A DNA stretch of 64,000 nucleotides. Origin: Octopus sinensis. Taxonomy: Eukaryota. This document shows positions 37,583 through 53,084 of the stretch, one piece after another; position 1 is the stretch's first letter; each line of letters starts with the position of its first letter. The stretch covers positions 9,920,001 through 9,984,000 of the forward strand of contig NC_043023.1 in the NCBI RefSeq assembly GCF_006345805.1, in the 5' to 3' direction. The notes beneath the pieces are model-generated. The model was not told the origin of the DNA and did no database searches. It saw only the letters and a list, made by a program, of their open reading frames with translations. The position numbers and the translations under genes are program-made.

Positions 37583-39850
37583 ATCACTGTACCTGACAAA
37601 TACGGTAACACACCCCTGCATGTGGCCTGTAGTGTTGGGCACACAAGCCTGGTGAAGAAGATGTTAATGCTTACACCTGACATTAATGTGGCAGATAAAG
37701 ATCGTAACACTCCTCTCCATGTGGCCTGTCGGTGGGGACGCATCAGTGTTATTGAGCATCTCCTGGTAACTAAACCTGATGTCACTGCAGTGAATAGTTA
37801 CGGGAACACACCTCTACATCTGGCCTGTATCAATGACCACAAAGACGCTGCTAAAATACTACTACAGTCCAATCCTAGAGTTCGTGTGGTGAAAACTAAA
37901 AGGAAAAGAACTTTAGATTTGCTGAATGGTGACGAAAGCATAGACATGGTGAAAAACAATTACAATCCAAATCTAAAGATCCCAAGTTGAAAGAAAGTTG
38001 GAAAATATCTCGGAATCTGTTCTACAGGGATAAAAATACTGGAGATGATGAAGAGCCAACAGAGCCTCATGTCGACTTGGTGAATAAATACAAACACACA
38101 CCTCTACATTGGCGTGTATTAATGGAAGTACAGGCCTAATTAAACAGCTACTACTTTTTAAACCTGATATAAATATGGAGGATAAATATGGCTACACACC
38201 CCTGCACTGGCTTTGCTCTGGTGGACACACGGGTGTTGAAGTACTATTAATGTCTAAACCTGATGTAAATGTGGCAGATAAAGATGGTAATATACCTCTC
38301 CACCTGGCCTGTCGTGGTGGGTACACAGACACGGTGAAACAGCTACTGCACTCTGGTTCTGATATAAACCTAGTGAATAATGGTGGTAACTCACCTTTGC
38401 ATCTGGGTGTGGTCGAGGACACACAGACACGGTGAAGCAGCTACTGTTATCTAAACCCAATATAAACCTAATGAATAATGAAAGTAATACAGCTCTACAT
38501 TTGGCCTGTGTTCGGGGACACACAGACATGGTGAAGCAGTTACTGTTATCTAAACCTAATATAAATTTAGGGAATAGTGATGGTAACACGCCTCTACATC
38601 TGGCCTGTGTTCGTGGACACACAGACATGGTGAAGCAGCTCCTACTGCTTGAGCCTGATGTAAATGTACTGAATAATGATGATAACACACCGCTACACCT
38701 GGCTTGTCCTGATGGACACACAGACATACTGAAACAGCTATTACTGTTTGAACTTGATGTAAATGTGGTGAATAAAGATGGTAACACACCGCTGCATCTG
38801 GCCTGTGGTCATGGACACACAAACATGGCTAAGCTCCTACTGTTCTCTAAGTCTGATGTTAATGTGGAAGATAAAGACGGCAACACGCCTCTACATCTGG
38901 CTTGTCGTGGTGGACACACAGACATGCTGAAACACCTACTACTGTTTGATCCTGATATGAATGTAGTGAATAAAGATGGTGACACGCCCCTACTTCTGCT
39001 CTGTGTTCACGGACAAATAGACATGGTAAAACAGTTTCTGCTGTTTAAACCAGATGTAAATGTAGCGAATAAAAATGGCAACACAACTCTACATCTGGCT
39101 TGTGGTCATGGACACACAGATATCATGAAGCAGCTCCTACAATCCAAAGCTACTGTCAATGTGAAGAATAACGATGGTAACACACCACTTCTTCTAGCGT
39201 GCCGTGGGGGACATATAGACATGGTGAAACAGCTATTCTTGTTTGAATCTGATGTAAATATCGCGAATAAAGATGGTAACACACCGCCACATCTTGCATG
39301 TGATCGTGGACACACGGATATCTTGAAGGAGCTCCTACTAAATAAAGCTGCTGTCAATATGGCGAATAAAGCTGGTAACACACCACTTCATCTTGCATGT
39401 GATCGTGGACACACGGATATCTTGAAGGAGCTCCTACTAAATAAAGCTGCTGTCAATATGGCAAATAAAGATGGTAACACACCACTTCATTTGGCCTGTG
39501 TTCATGGACTTACAGACATGGTGAAGCAACTACTAACCTCTAAAGCTGATGTAAGTGTTGTGGATAAAGAAGGTAACACACCTTTACATCTGGCCTGTCT
39601 TGGTGGACACACAGACATGGTGAAGCAGTTAATGCTCTCTGAATCTGATGTAAGTGCAAGGGATAAAGATGGTAACACGCCCTTACATCTAGCCTGTGCT
39701 CAGGGACACACGGACATGGTGAAGCAGCTACTGCACTCTAACGCTGATACAGATGCGGTGAATAAAGATGGTAAGACACCGCTATATCTGGCTAATAGTA
39801 ACGGAGACATAGATGTGGTGAAGCAGCTCCTGCTATACAAACGGAAGTAA
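37583..39850 (+). CDS. Ankyrin-repeat protein, large exon (about 22 repeats)
   Basis: Polypyrimidine+AG ending 37582; ORFs 37622..37990, 38109..38435, 38432..39850 with GNTPLHLAC repeats; become one frame if single bases are restored at ~37954 (A5), ~38109 (TT), ~38406 (GGG). Confidence 0.8.
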
Positions 39851-39969
39851 ACGTGGCGAATAAAGATTGTGTCACACAAATATATATATCCGGCATGAGT
39901 TGAGAAGGCACAGACGGTGTGAAAGTGCTCTTGTTGTCTAAAGCTGGAGTCAATGTCGTGGATAACAAT

Positions 39970-40386
39970 ATTTGTTTCTTTCTTTACTACCCACAAGAAC
40001 TAAACACAGAGGGGACAAACAAGGACAGACAAACGGATTAAGTCGATTACATCGACCCCAGTGCGTAACTGGTATGTAATTTATCGACCCCGAAAGGATG
40101 AAAGGCAAAGTCGACCTTGGCGGAATTTGAACTCAGAATGTAACGGCATACAAAATACCTATTTCTTTATTACCCACAAGGGGCTAAATACAGAGGGGAC
40201 AAACAAGGACAGACAAACGGATTAAGTCAATTACATCGACCTCAGTGCGTAACTGGTACTTAATTTATCGACGCCGAAAGGATGAAAGGCAAAGTCGACC
40301 TCGGCGGAATTTGAACTCAGAACGTAACGGTAGACGAAATACGGCTACGCATTTCGCCCGTCGTGCCAACGATTCTGCCAGCTCGC
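39970..40386 (-). mobile_element. SINE family 2: one head + 2 bodies
   Basis: 13-bp TSD CGTGGATAACAAT at 39957-39969 and 40387-40399. Confidence 0.92.
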
Positions 40387-40492
40387 CGTGGATAACAATG
40401 TTACCACATCTCTGCATTTCCTATTCTACTGTAATTCAGCAATAATCTAAAATATCCAAATCATTTTCATTCATCTTTTCAATGGGGTTTTA

Positions 40493-40743
40493 TTGAGCCT
40501 GATGTAAATGTACTGAATAATGATGATAACACACCGCTACACCTCGCTTGTCCTGATGGACACACAGACATACTGAAACAGCTATTACTGTTTGAACTTG
40601 ATGTGAATGTGGTGAATAAAGATGGTAACACACTGCTGCATCTGGCCTGTGGTCATGGACACACAAACATGGCTAAGCACCTACTGTTCTCTAAGTCTGA
40701 TGTTAATGTGGAAGATAAAGACGGCAACACGCCTCTACATCTG
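40493..40743 (+). pseudogene. Orphan near-identical copy of ankyrin coding sequence 38649-38899
   Basis: Direct comparison: about 251 bp with only a few substitutions. Confidence 0.85.
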
Positions 40744-43700
40744 CACAATCCCACCATGGGTTGTTTTGAGACTTTCTTTTACAGCATGTTGTTGTCATTT
40801 GAGTAGATTTTTTACTTCATCTCACCCATTACCTCAATATTATGTGGAGGCACATGGCCTAGTGGTTAGAGCAGTGGACTCGCGGTCGAGGGATCGCAGG
40901 TTCGAAACTCAGACCGGGCGATGTGTGTGTTTATGAGCGAAACACCTAAGCTCCACGCGGCACCGACAGAAGGTAATGGCGAAACTTCTGCTGACTCTTC
41001 CGCCACAACTTTCTCTCGCTCTTTCCTCCTGCATCTTGCAGCTCACCTGCGACGGACCGGCATCTCGTCCAGGTGGGGAACCTATACGCCAAGGAAACCG
41101 GGAAACCGGCCCTTATGAGCCAGGCATGGCTCGAAAAGGAACAAACAAAAACAAATTACCTCAATATTATGGGTTCGAATTCTTTCCCTTCATTCAGTTC
41201 ATGTAAAACACTACATTTCGCGTAAAATACCCCTTTCTTTGATCCTGTAGTAAATACAGAATGATTACGATACGATTTTTAGTTTTGTCTCTTTATGTTG
41301 CAAGTTCAAATCCTACCAGAATCTATTGTTACTCTGGGATCAGTAAGATGTGCACTAGTAATGTCCCAGGACCAATGTTGTCTGTCATAGCCTCGGATTA
41401 ACCCAAAACATTTAAAGTGAAATTGTGGAGAAGCATATTAGATGGATTGCACTCGAAAGGGACAGATTCGTCACATATTGCATCAGGATATAGATGTCTG
41501 TGGAATACTCAACCATTAAAATTGATTAAGGAACCATTACATCAAATTAATTAATTATGTACATGTACAAATTAATTAATTAATTATGTACATGTAAACA
41601 TTTATTGTTTACAAATATAGTTTTTATATGAAAATGTTAGTTATTGATTTATGGACGAGTTCATTTCTGTAGATATTACTGAACACTTTTGATAATTAAT
41701 GAGTTGTTAATTAAAGGATTAATGAGATAATAAAATGTGAATCTAACCATGATAAATATTCTGAAATGTTGACATTTAAAAAATTTACTGTAGATACAGT
41801 GAGATATATTTGAATATCTTAGACAGAAATCTATATTTAAGAGGAAAAATGGTTCACAACATATATGTGTAAGTTAATACATGATCACACACACATTTCT
41901 ATTTAAACCATTTTAACCATTTCGTAACATTTTTTTACTAGTTTTAAAAAATACCTCTGTATGTAGGAGTGGCTGTGTGGTAAGTAGCTTGCTTACCAAC
42001 CACATGGTTCCGGGTTCAGTCCCATTGTGTGGCATCTTGGGCAAGAGTCTTCTGCTATAGCCTCGGGCCGACCAATGCCTTGTGAGTGGATTTGGTAGAC
42101 GGAAACTGAAAGAAGCCCGTCGTATATATGTATATATATGTATGTGTATGTTTGTCCCCCTAGCATTGCTTGAGAACCGATGCTGGTGTGTTTACATCCC
42201 CATCATTTAGCGGTTCGGCAAAAGAGACCGATAGAATAAGTACTGGGCTTACAAAGAATAAGTCCTGGGGTCGATTTGCTCGACTAAAGGCGGTGCTCCA
42301 GCATGGCTGCAGTCAAATTACTGAAACAAGTAAAAGAGAGAGAGTATGTTAAATAATTTTGCAAGTAATTAAGAATTTGGAGTGATTTAGTAAAATGACT
42401 TTACAAAGGGTTCTTACATCTAATTAAGATGGAAACTTCAAATTTAAATTTGAATTAAAATAATTAAAAACAGATTACATAAGATAGAACAAAATACATA
42501 GTGACGTATATTTGCCATTTAAACATGGCTAACCCCTAAGGGTTGATGCTACTGTAGTTTGTAGCCCCAGGAGGACACCTCCTCCAGCTGGCTATAGACA
42601 CACCTTCTGTGCCCTATCAGTAATTCCCGTCTTCAACTTATGATATACATGGACTTGAGTTTCTGAGTATTGATTCGTCATCGGCATGTGACAATCACAG
42701 TTGTCGATGAAAAGTAGGTTCCCTTCACAAATACCTATCCTTTTTCCAGTATTGTACAGACACTGATATCGAAAAAGTGTAAACAAGCAATAATAAATCT
42801 CAGAGCGAGTTATAAACAGTAGCTACAACACATCGTGATGTATATTCGCCATTTAAATATGGCTAACCCCTAAGGGTGGCTGCTACTGTAGTTGTAGCCC
42901 CAGGAGGACACCTCCTCCGGCTGGCTATAGACAGTCTTCAATAAATTTGGTAGAGAAAGCATTGTTGAATTCTTTTCTAGATAATATTTCTCAACTGTAA
43001 TTATCTTGTGAGTTTTCTGTTTCTGATATCTTTAATAAAATGTACAGACATAGAATTCTATATTTACCATTTCAGGTGGGCCCCAAGTTAATACCTATTT
43101 CTTTACTACCCACAAGGGGCTAAACACAGAGAGGACAGACACACAGATTAAGTCGATTATATCGACCCCGGTGCGGAACTGGTACTTATTTAATCGACCC
43201 CGAAAGGATGAAAGGCAAAGTCGACCTCGGCGGAATTTGAACTCAGAACGTAACGGCTGACGGAATCTCTCTCAGCATTTCGCCCGGAAAAAACAGTCGG
43301 CAGAGAATAAGAAAAATGTGGATAATGTTGAGAAAAGGTTAGGTAGGGTGGGGAAAAGTCAAAGCTACTTGAACTTCTCAAAGGATAACCATTGATTGTT
43401 AATTACTATATCTGGTTGTTGCACTGTCTTCCCCAATCAAGATTCAGGGCCTGAATGACCCTCTTCCAGCATCTCTAGCATAGAACATTCATGGGTAGGA
43501 TGGTGGTCTACTTAACATCTGGTACACCTTTTATTATCAATATCCATATTCAGCAAGACTGGAGAATGAAGATGAGTTATACCTATTTCTTTACTACCCA
43601 CAAGGGGTTAACACAGAGGGGACAAACAAGGACAGACAAACGGATTAAGTCGATTACATCGACCCCAGTGAGTAACTGGTACTTATTTAATTGACTCCGA

Positions 43701-45819
43701 AAGGATGAAAGGCAAAGTCGACCTCGGCGGAATTTGAACTCAGAACATAGCAGCAGACGAAATACCTATTTCTTTACTGCCCACAAGAGCCTAAACACAG
43801 AGGGGACAAACAAGGACAGACAAACGGATTAAGTCGATTACATCGACCCCAGTGCGTAACTGGTACTTAATTTATCGACCCTGAAGGGATGAAAGGCAAA
43901 GTCGACCTCGGCGGAATTTGAACTCGGAACGTAACGACAGACGAAATACTTATTTCTTACTACCCACAAGGGGCTAAACACAGAGGGGACAAACAAGGAC
44001 AGACAAACGGATTAAGTCGATTATATCGACCCCAGTGCGTAAATGGTACTTATTTAATCGACCCCGAAAGCACAAAAGGCAAAGTCGACCTCGCCGGAAT
44101 TTGAACTCAGAACGTAGTGGCTGATGAAATACTGCTAAGCATTTCGCCAGGCGTGCTAACGTTTCTGCGAGTTCGCCGACTTAGGTGAAGATGACTTCAA
44201 CAGAATTTGAACTCAGAAAATGAAGACAGACGAAAAGCCACGAAGCATTTAGTCCAACTTGCTAACGATTCTGCCAGCTCACCCCAAGTTAATACCATAG
44301 ATTCATCTCTGGTGTCCAAGTACCAGCAGCTCAAAGAACAACCACATACTCTCTCTTTTACTCTTTTACTTGTTTCAGTCATTTGACTGCGGCCATGCTG
44401 GAGCACCGCCTTTAGTCGAGCGAATCGACCCCGGGACTTATTCTTTGTAAGCCCGGTACTTATTCTATCGGTCTCTTTTGCCGAACCGCTAAGTGACGGG
44501 GACGTAAACACACCAGCATCGGTTGTCAAGCGATGTTGCGGGGACAAACACAGACACACATATATATATATATTTTATTTATTTTATAGAAGGAGCTTCT
44601 ACAGGACTAGAACTGTTTCATTCAAAAGAAATCATCATATATATACGACAGGCTTCTTTCAGTTTCTGTCTACCAAATCCACTCACAAGGCATTGGTCGG
44701 CCCGGGGCTATAGCAGAAGACACTTGCCCAAGATGCCACGCAGTGGGACTGAATTCGGAACAATGTGGTTGGTTAGCAAGCTCACACAGCCACATGGAAT
44801 TACATTGAAACATCGTGCTTGAATGTAGCAATACCACTTGTAAAGAATGTGGAGAACAACTTCAGCAGTGATCAGCCATTAACTCCTATATTCTGACTTC
44901 GGAGTTAATGTCTTTCGGCTTTATCTCTCACGTTCAACCTGAGCACTACCCCTCTCTTTTCTCTTTCACTTGTTTCAGTCATTTGACTGCGGCCATGCTG
45001 GAGCACCGCCTTTAATCGAGCAACTCAACCCCGGGACTTATTCTTTGTAAGCCTAGTACTTATTCTATCGGTCTCTTTTGCCGAACCGCTAAGTGATGGC
45101 GACGTAAACACACCAGCATCAGTTGTCAAGCAATGCTAGGGGGACAAACACAGACACACAAACACACACACGCATATATACAAATATACGATGGGCTTCT
45201 TTCCGTTTCCATCTACCAAATCCACTCACAAGGCATTGGTCATCCTGGGGCTATAGTAGAAGACACTTACCCAAGGTGCCACGCAGTGAGACTGAACCCA
45301 GAACCATGTGGTTGGTAAACAAGCTACTTACCACACAGCCACTCCTACACCTGATTTGATGACATTCTTTCCACTTTTGTAGTTGCATTTACTTAAAATG
45401 TTATTTAAAACTGTTTTCAAAGTTATACAAAGCTCCTTACACGGAGCTTGATATAACTTGATATAGGTACCTGATTCCAGGTCCAGGGTCACAGCAAGGA
45501 AATCTACCATTTTCAGGCCTTCTCTTTCTTTAATCTTCCTACTTTCCCTCCTCGTTTATCTCCTTGTACCTTGTCTATGTTCTTTTGATTTCCTCTTTCT
45601 TCCCCTAATTCTTTTATCCCTCCGCCCCTTATCTCTCTCCTCTCCTTTCACATAACCAGTGTTTGTCCAAGCATGAACTTTCTTACATTTACTTTTGTGG
45701 CTGTGGGACCACTGGTCACTCTATGACTGGACATTAACCTAATGTTGGGAGGCCCCTGGGAGCCCCACTATGTTGATTGCCTTCTTGTTTTAGCTGAATA
45801 AATAATGGCATGAGAAAAG

Positions 45820-46135
45820 AAATTTCAGGTATGGAAGCAAGAACTGCAATTTGTGGAACTTATATTTCATGGAACAAAGACTATAGTCTTAATAAGTTTG
45901 AAAGCAAACAAATCCTTTCAGGGAAATGGCCCTGCTTGACATGTGGAAAAGGCAAAAGTAGAAACTCCATCAGGTGTACCTCATGCAAGCTATGTACACA
46001 TAAGAGGTGCTGCAATGTTAGAGGAATGTCAACATGGAAAATAGTCTTTGTGTGTGGTAGATGTACACGTGCAATAAACACAAGAAATGTACAGAAAATA
46101 GATGATGTGAAATGCATTTTACTTAGAAAGTGATG
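45820..46135 (+). mobile_element. Decayed RTE-type LINE fragment with Cys-rich finger (related copy 49320-49640)
   Basis: GKWPCLTCGKGKSRNSIRCTSCKLCTHKRC...FVCGRC, a motif found downstream of RT in some RTE elements. Confidence 0.65.
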
Positions 46136-46199
46136 AGAACAGAATTCAGGAATCTGAGGCACACAGACTCTAGATTCAGTAAATTTTGGGCAATCGTTT

Positions 46200-46472
46200 T
46201 AGACAAATATTTCACAAGAATATCATTTCTCTGCTGCGTGAATGTATCTATGAGAGGTCAAACTGCCTTGAGAAAAAAATGATTTACACAGATATATCAC
46301 AGGGATATGGATTGTCTCTTGTATGAGTGGCTTCATGCTGAGATAATTTCCTTTTATGAGAGAATGCCATACCACAGATATTACATTGATATTGCTTCTC
46401 TCTTGTATGAATGGATTTGTGAGAGGTTAAAGAACTTAGCTGAGAGAATGATTTACCACAAATACCACACTG
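46200..46472 (-). pseudogene. Two in-frame fingers plus decayed fingers behind the ZNF-D stop
   Basis: [50 protein letters not shown] follow the TAA in frame, then degenerate. Confidence 0.75.
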
Positions 46473-48278
<1,806 letters not shown>

Positions 48279-50782
48279 TATTGTTCTCCAGTACACAAGC
48301 ACAAAATGTATTTTTTTGTTTCTTCTTTATATATTCTTGGTTGATTCAAAAAGTTCTACAGCTATAATTACAGCTGATCTGATCTTTGTGAATATCTGAA
48401 GCTAATACAAACACATTTGCAGATTTTTCCAAGTTCAAGCAGAAGGTCCGATACTTTTGTAAATATTCCTGGCAATGGAATAAAGCAAATGTTGCTATTA
48501 ATTCTCAAGAAATATTTTCAGTTATTTACCAGAGATTTGTTATAGAAACAGGGTTATATATATTATTTATAATATCTTCCATTAGTCTTCAAGTGATGAT
48601 CAATATTCATGATGTATCTGATGTAAAAACTCCTTTATACCACAAACATTTCATATTCTGAAATGACACAGAAACAGTAGAAGATATAGGAAAGACTTAA
48701 AAGCAGAGATTCAACAATAGAAAATATAACTACATTTTCATAATCATAAACTGTGGATATAAACTTTTACCCCAATAATTAGTCTTTAAAATTATTTTGT
48801 TATTAAAATTATATGATACAACCTTGTGTAATGTCCACATATGCACAGCCTTCAGCTCGTCCACCTTCAAGTATTATGTAAAATGCTAAACTACAAAATA
48901 CTGGCCAATAACATTCTACTGTCTTAGGAAACATAAGTCACTGTTGTTTAGCCCTAGGTCACACCCGACTGAGCAGATCTATTTAGGAAATTAGTGTTCA
49001 TGAGTGTCATGACCTTTAGAACAGATCAAACATAAACATCACTATAATTTAGTCACTAACTCACCACACACACACACATCTTATATACACACGCTGACAT
49101 AGAACCAACATTGAACCATTTATTCGCAATATTACCGAATCTGGAACTTAACTATGGTCTGTCTATAACACTTATTCAGCATTACCTGACACCTTTGGGT
49201 CTCAATAACACCATTATCTTTTATAACCTCAACTTCTCGCTATATATATATATATATATATATACTGGGCTGCCCCTGTGACACCCTCTATGCTGATCAT
49301 CTTACAGCTGAATCAATACCAGCAAGAGAAAAGAAATTTCAGGTGTGTAAACAGGGTCTGCAATTAGTGGGCCTTAGAGTTAATTTAGCAGAGACCAAAG
49401 TCTTAATAACTTAGTAAGCAGACAAATCCTACAGGGAAATGGCCCTGCTTGAAATATGGAAAAGGAATATGAAGAAACTCGATAAGGTGTATCCAGTGCA
49501 AGATATGGATACATAAGATGTGCAGCAATATTAGAGGAACGTCAACACGAAAAATAGTAGATGTACATGTGCAATAAATACAAGAAAATAGATGCTGTCA
49601 AATGTGGAGTGGAGAGCGAGTGCTAACTTAGAAATAGTTGGTAGAATGTAACAAGTTAGGGAGCAAAAGACTTGCTTAAGTGGGGTTTTGTCTCTGAAGA
49701 CCTTATTTTGAGAATTTCCTACCATTGTTATATTTTAACATTTTCTCAGTGACTAGGAAATATATTTTCCACACATTCACTCTCACATGGTTACCATCTA
49801 CTCAATGGCTCCATCGCATATTCACTAGATAACCACCATCATTAGCATTTAATGAACAAACTTATCCCTTCGTTTATCTCTCATCACTGTATCTTAGCAT
49901 CTAACACCAAGTATTTTCTATATTAAATAATATCAACAAATTATATAACTTCAAAACAAACATTTATTGTAGATCAGTTTGGAGAAATGTGTAACTTTTA
50001 TCATACATTGATCGAGTGTGAATTCTATGCTGTATCAGCAATTGTATAGGCTCATAAGGGACACGTTTGGATAGGGTTGCCAGATTAGAAAACCATATAT
50101 ACGGGACACTTTTAAAATATATATAAATATAAATTTATAAATGCCTACACACCCAATATATTATATAAAAGCAGAGAGATAAGTTAAAAACATAAAGCAA
50201 GTATTTTAATGGGTTCTGAGGTCAAAATTATTTAATACAAGCTAAAAAAAAATTGGTGCAGCATCATTCATTTTTCTCAAGCAGAGATAAATAAATACCT
50301 GGCCAGGTACAGGTGTAGATAGTCTGAACGAATACCCGGCTATTAAAAATCGCCTTAAATGTTCCATGTTTTTTGTGTGTATGTGTGCATGTATGCTGTC
50401 AACAAAGTTTTCTTTGTGGTTTATCATGTAATGCCGAGAACCCAATGTTTGTATATCTTTCTAAGCCGTCCAAGAATCACTGTACATAACTGAGCCAGGT
50501 TTGATGTATTTTTCAATTGGTGGAAGCAATGTCGCTTTGTCACGCTTCTGACCAGTCACAGGAACAACAAAGCAACGTTTTCTAATCCACTCAATTCCAG
50601 CGAACAACCAAACATATGGGACACTTTAATTAGAATATACAATCTATAAATGGAATTAATTGATTATATGTATGAGAGCAATCAAGACGATTGCAACGGG
50701 AAAAAAGAAAGAAAAACGCGGGAAACGAGATGGAGAAGTGTATATATATATATATATATATATAGCAACGATTTGCCTCACC

Positions 50783-50921
50783 ACATATATATGTATATAT
50801 ACACATGCATACATTGGTACAGGACATAAAAAAAAACGTTGAACACAATGAAAAACGAAAACAAAAACATAGAAACGAGACATACAACATAAAGAATATT
50901 CCCCTTCTTTAGTGGTCCCTG

Positions 50922-50966
<45 letters not shown>

Positions 50967-51344
50967 ATATAGGGTGAAATTAATTAATTTGAAATAATCA
51001 TTAATTTCACCAAGTAGATTTCGGCATGTAAAAGCCCCATTCAAGGAAGGTTTAAGTAATACTAAGTAATTAAGGTTTAGCAACGATTTGCCTCACCACA
51101 CACCGAATTTAGAAATAGCAGTCAAAAGAGTTTTGGCTATTCTTTCTACTTAAAAGGGAGATCCCAGTAAAACCACAGCAAAACTCTTTTGACTGCTATT
51201 TCTAAATTCGGTGTGTGGTGAGGCAAATCGTTGCTAAACCCTTAATTACTTAGTATTACTTAAACCTTCCTTGAATGGGGCTTTTACATGCCGAAATCTA
51301 CTTGGTGAAATTAATGATTATTTCAAATAATTAATTTCACCCTA

Positions 51345-51439
<95 letters not shown>

Positions 51440-51585
51440 GAAACAGGGACCACTAAAGAAGGGGAATATTCTTTATGTTGTATGTCTCGTTTCTATGTTT
51501 TTGTTTTCGTTTTTCATTGTGTTCAACGTTTTTTTTTTTATGTCCTGTACCAATGTATGCATGTGTATATATACATATATATGTA
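50783..51585. repeat. Long near-perfect inverted repeat (arms 50783-51135 and 51179-51585, 43-nt loop)
   Basis: Arms read as reverse complements apart from (TA)n length. Confidence 0.92.
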
Positions 51586-51839
51586 GGTATGTATATATAG
51601 GTATGTATATATCCATATATTTATATTATAATATATATATATATCATATCATATACCATACCATATATCATATCATATACCATATCATATACCATATCAT
51701 ATATCATATCATATCTTACCTGTTATTGCAATTATAAAGGAATCTTTTCAATTAAAAATCATTAATTGCGCCAAATTCATTTCCCGACAACGGAAACGGA
51801 AGCAAAACCTGAATTTCCCTCTCCAACAAATAAAACCAC

Positions 51840-52250
51840 AAAACTCAGTAGCGGTTGCTATGGTGATCGTGGTCGCGGTGGATGAAAATCTTAAACCCGT
51901 TTAACAACTTAAAAGAAAATTCCTCAATAAATGACGTCAAATGTATTTACTTATTCGTTTCGCTTCCAAGGACACCCGTGCCTAGTTTTGTATCTTCCCC
52001 GGATTGTTTTGGTTTCGTCAGAAATCCAGCTCGATTTTCTCCCTCTTACGGTTTCATTTGTAGTGATGCTACTGTGTAGGGTTCGGCGCGCATGCGCAGA
52101 ATGGGACTACTTCCGGGTGGCCACCGGAAGTCTTCCCCATGCGCATGTGCGGGAAAACATCTCTCGAGCCCGCGAACCTCAAATCTCTCTCTTCGGCTCA
52201 AGACGGCACTGCGATCGGTCACGGTTTTCCTGGCTCTGACAGCCACACAC
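51840..52250. promoter_or_regulatory. CpG-rich housekeeping-type promoter, probably of ZNF-D
   Basis: NRF1-like GCGCATGCGC (52088-52097) and TGCGCATGTGC (~52140); inverted ETS pair ACTTCCGG (52109)/CCGGAAGT (52124); X-box-like GTTGCTATGGTGAT (51854); minus-strand donor CAG|GTAAG at 51720/51719. Confidence 0.65.
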
Positions 52251-52521
52251 CAGCTTCAACCAACTCCAACCAACCTCAACGACCAACACCACCAATATAT
52301 CAGAGGCTGTCTATTCCCCCATCAGACAACGTACAACCATGAATCAATAAACCAAGTTGTCTGTTCACCTTTAACCTGAGTTTCGTCTGTTTGTTTTCTA
52401 CAAGAATTTTTGTATGTGACTAGAAAGGATCTCGACACCCTGCCAGTGCTTCGATGATAGATCCTTTCACGTTACACATTCATTCGTTACAGAACTGCGA
52501 TCTACTGGCATTCCGTCGGTC

Positions 52522-53084
52522 ATAATAATAATAATAATGATAATGAAATTATTGTATACAGTGCTCAGGTGCACCACAACTTGTCAAACGTGCGTATAAA
52601 GCATATGCAGTAATGTACAAATGTCTGGAAGCGAACAATGTATGAGTCAGATACATGCTTACGTGTGTGTATGGAGGGGAGAAAATTATTAACCATCTTA
52701 CAAACAATAACTCTGAGCACCTTTTCAAACTCCACCCGTCTAACACCCGTGAACATGTTTACAAAGTCAGAAAACAGAACAGCTCCTTCCATGACTTTCG
52801 GAAACATTTTTTTCACGCTGAGAGTTGCTGAAGCATGGAACAAACTGCCAGCATCAGTTGTTAGTTGTCGGAGCACTGCATCCTTCAAAACTTCCATCCT
52901 TTCTGAGATTCGCCAACACTACACCTGATCTTTCTCCCCTCCATACACACACAAGCATGTATCTGACTCATACATTGTTCGCTTCCCAGACATTTGTACA
53001 TTACTGCTTATGCTTTATACACACTTTTAACAAATTGTGGTGCACCTGAGACCGTATGCAATAATTTCATTATTATTATTATTA
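52522..53084. mobile_element. CR1-like LINE 3' fragment (52700-53084 +) with an inverted copy of its tail (52522-52683 -)
   Basis: FFTLRVAEAWNKLPASVVSCRSTASFKTS; left part is the reverse complement of 52928-53084. Confidence 0.85.

Noticed and set aside
45810-46133. Cys-rich ORF as a host PHD/RING gene
   Set aside because: Resembles an RTE LINE motif and has a second decayed copy at 49.3-49.6 kb.
51260-51305. GGC..GCC-GAAA inside the palindrome as a hammerhead
   Set aside because: No CUGANGA core and no stem I.
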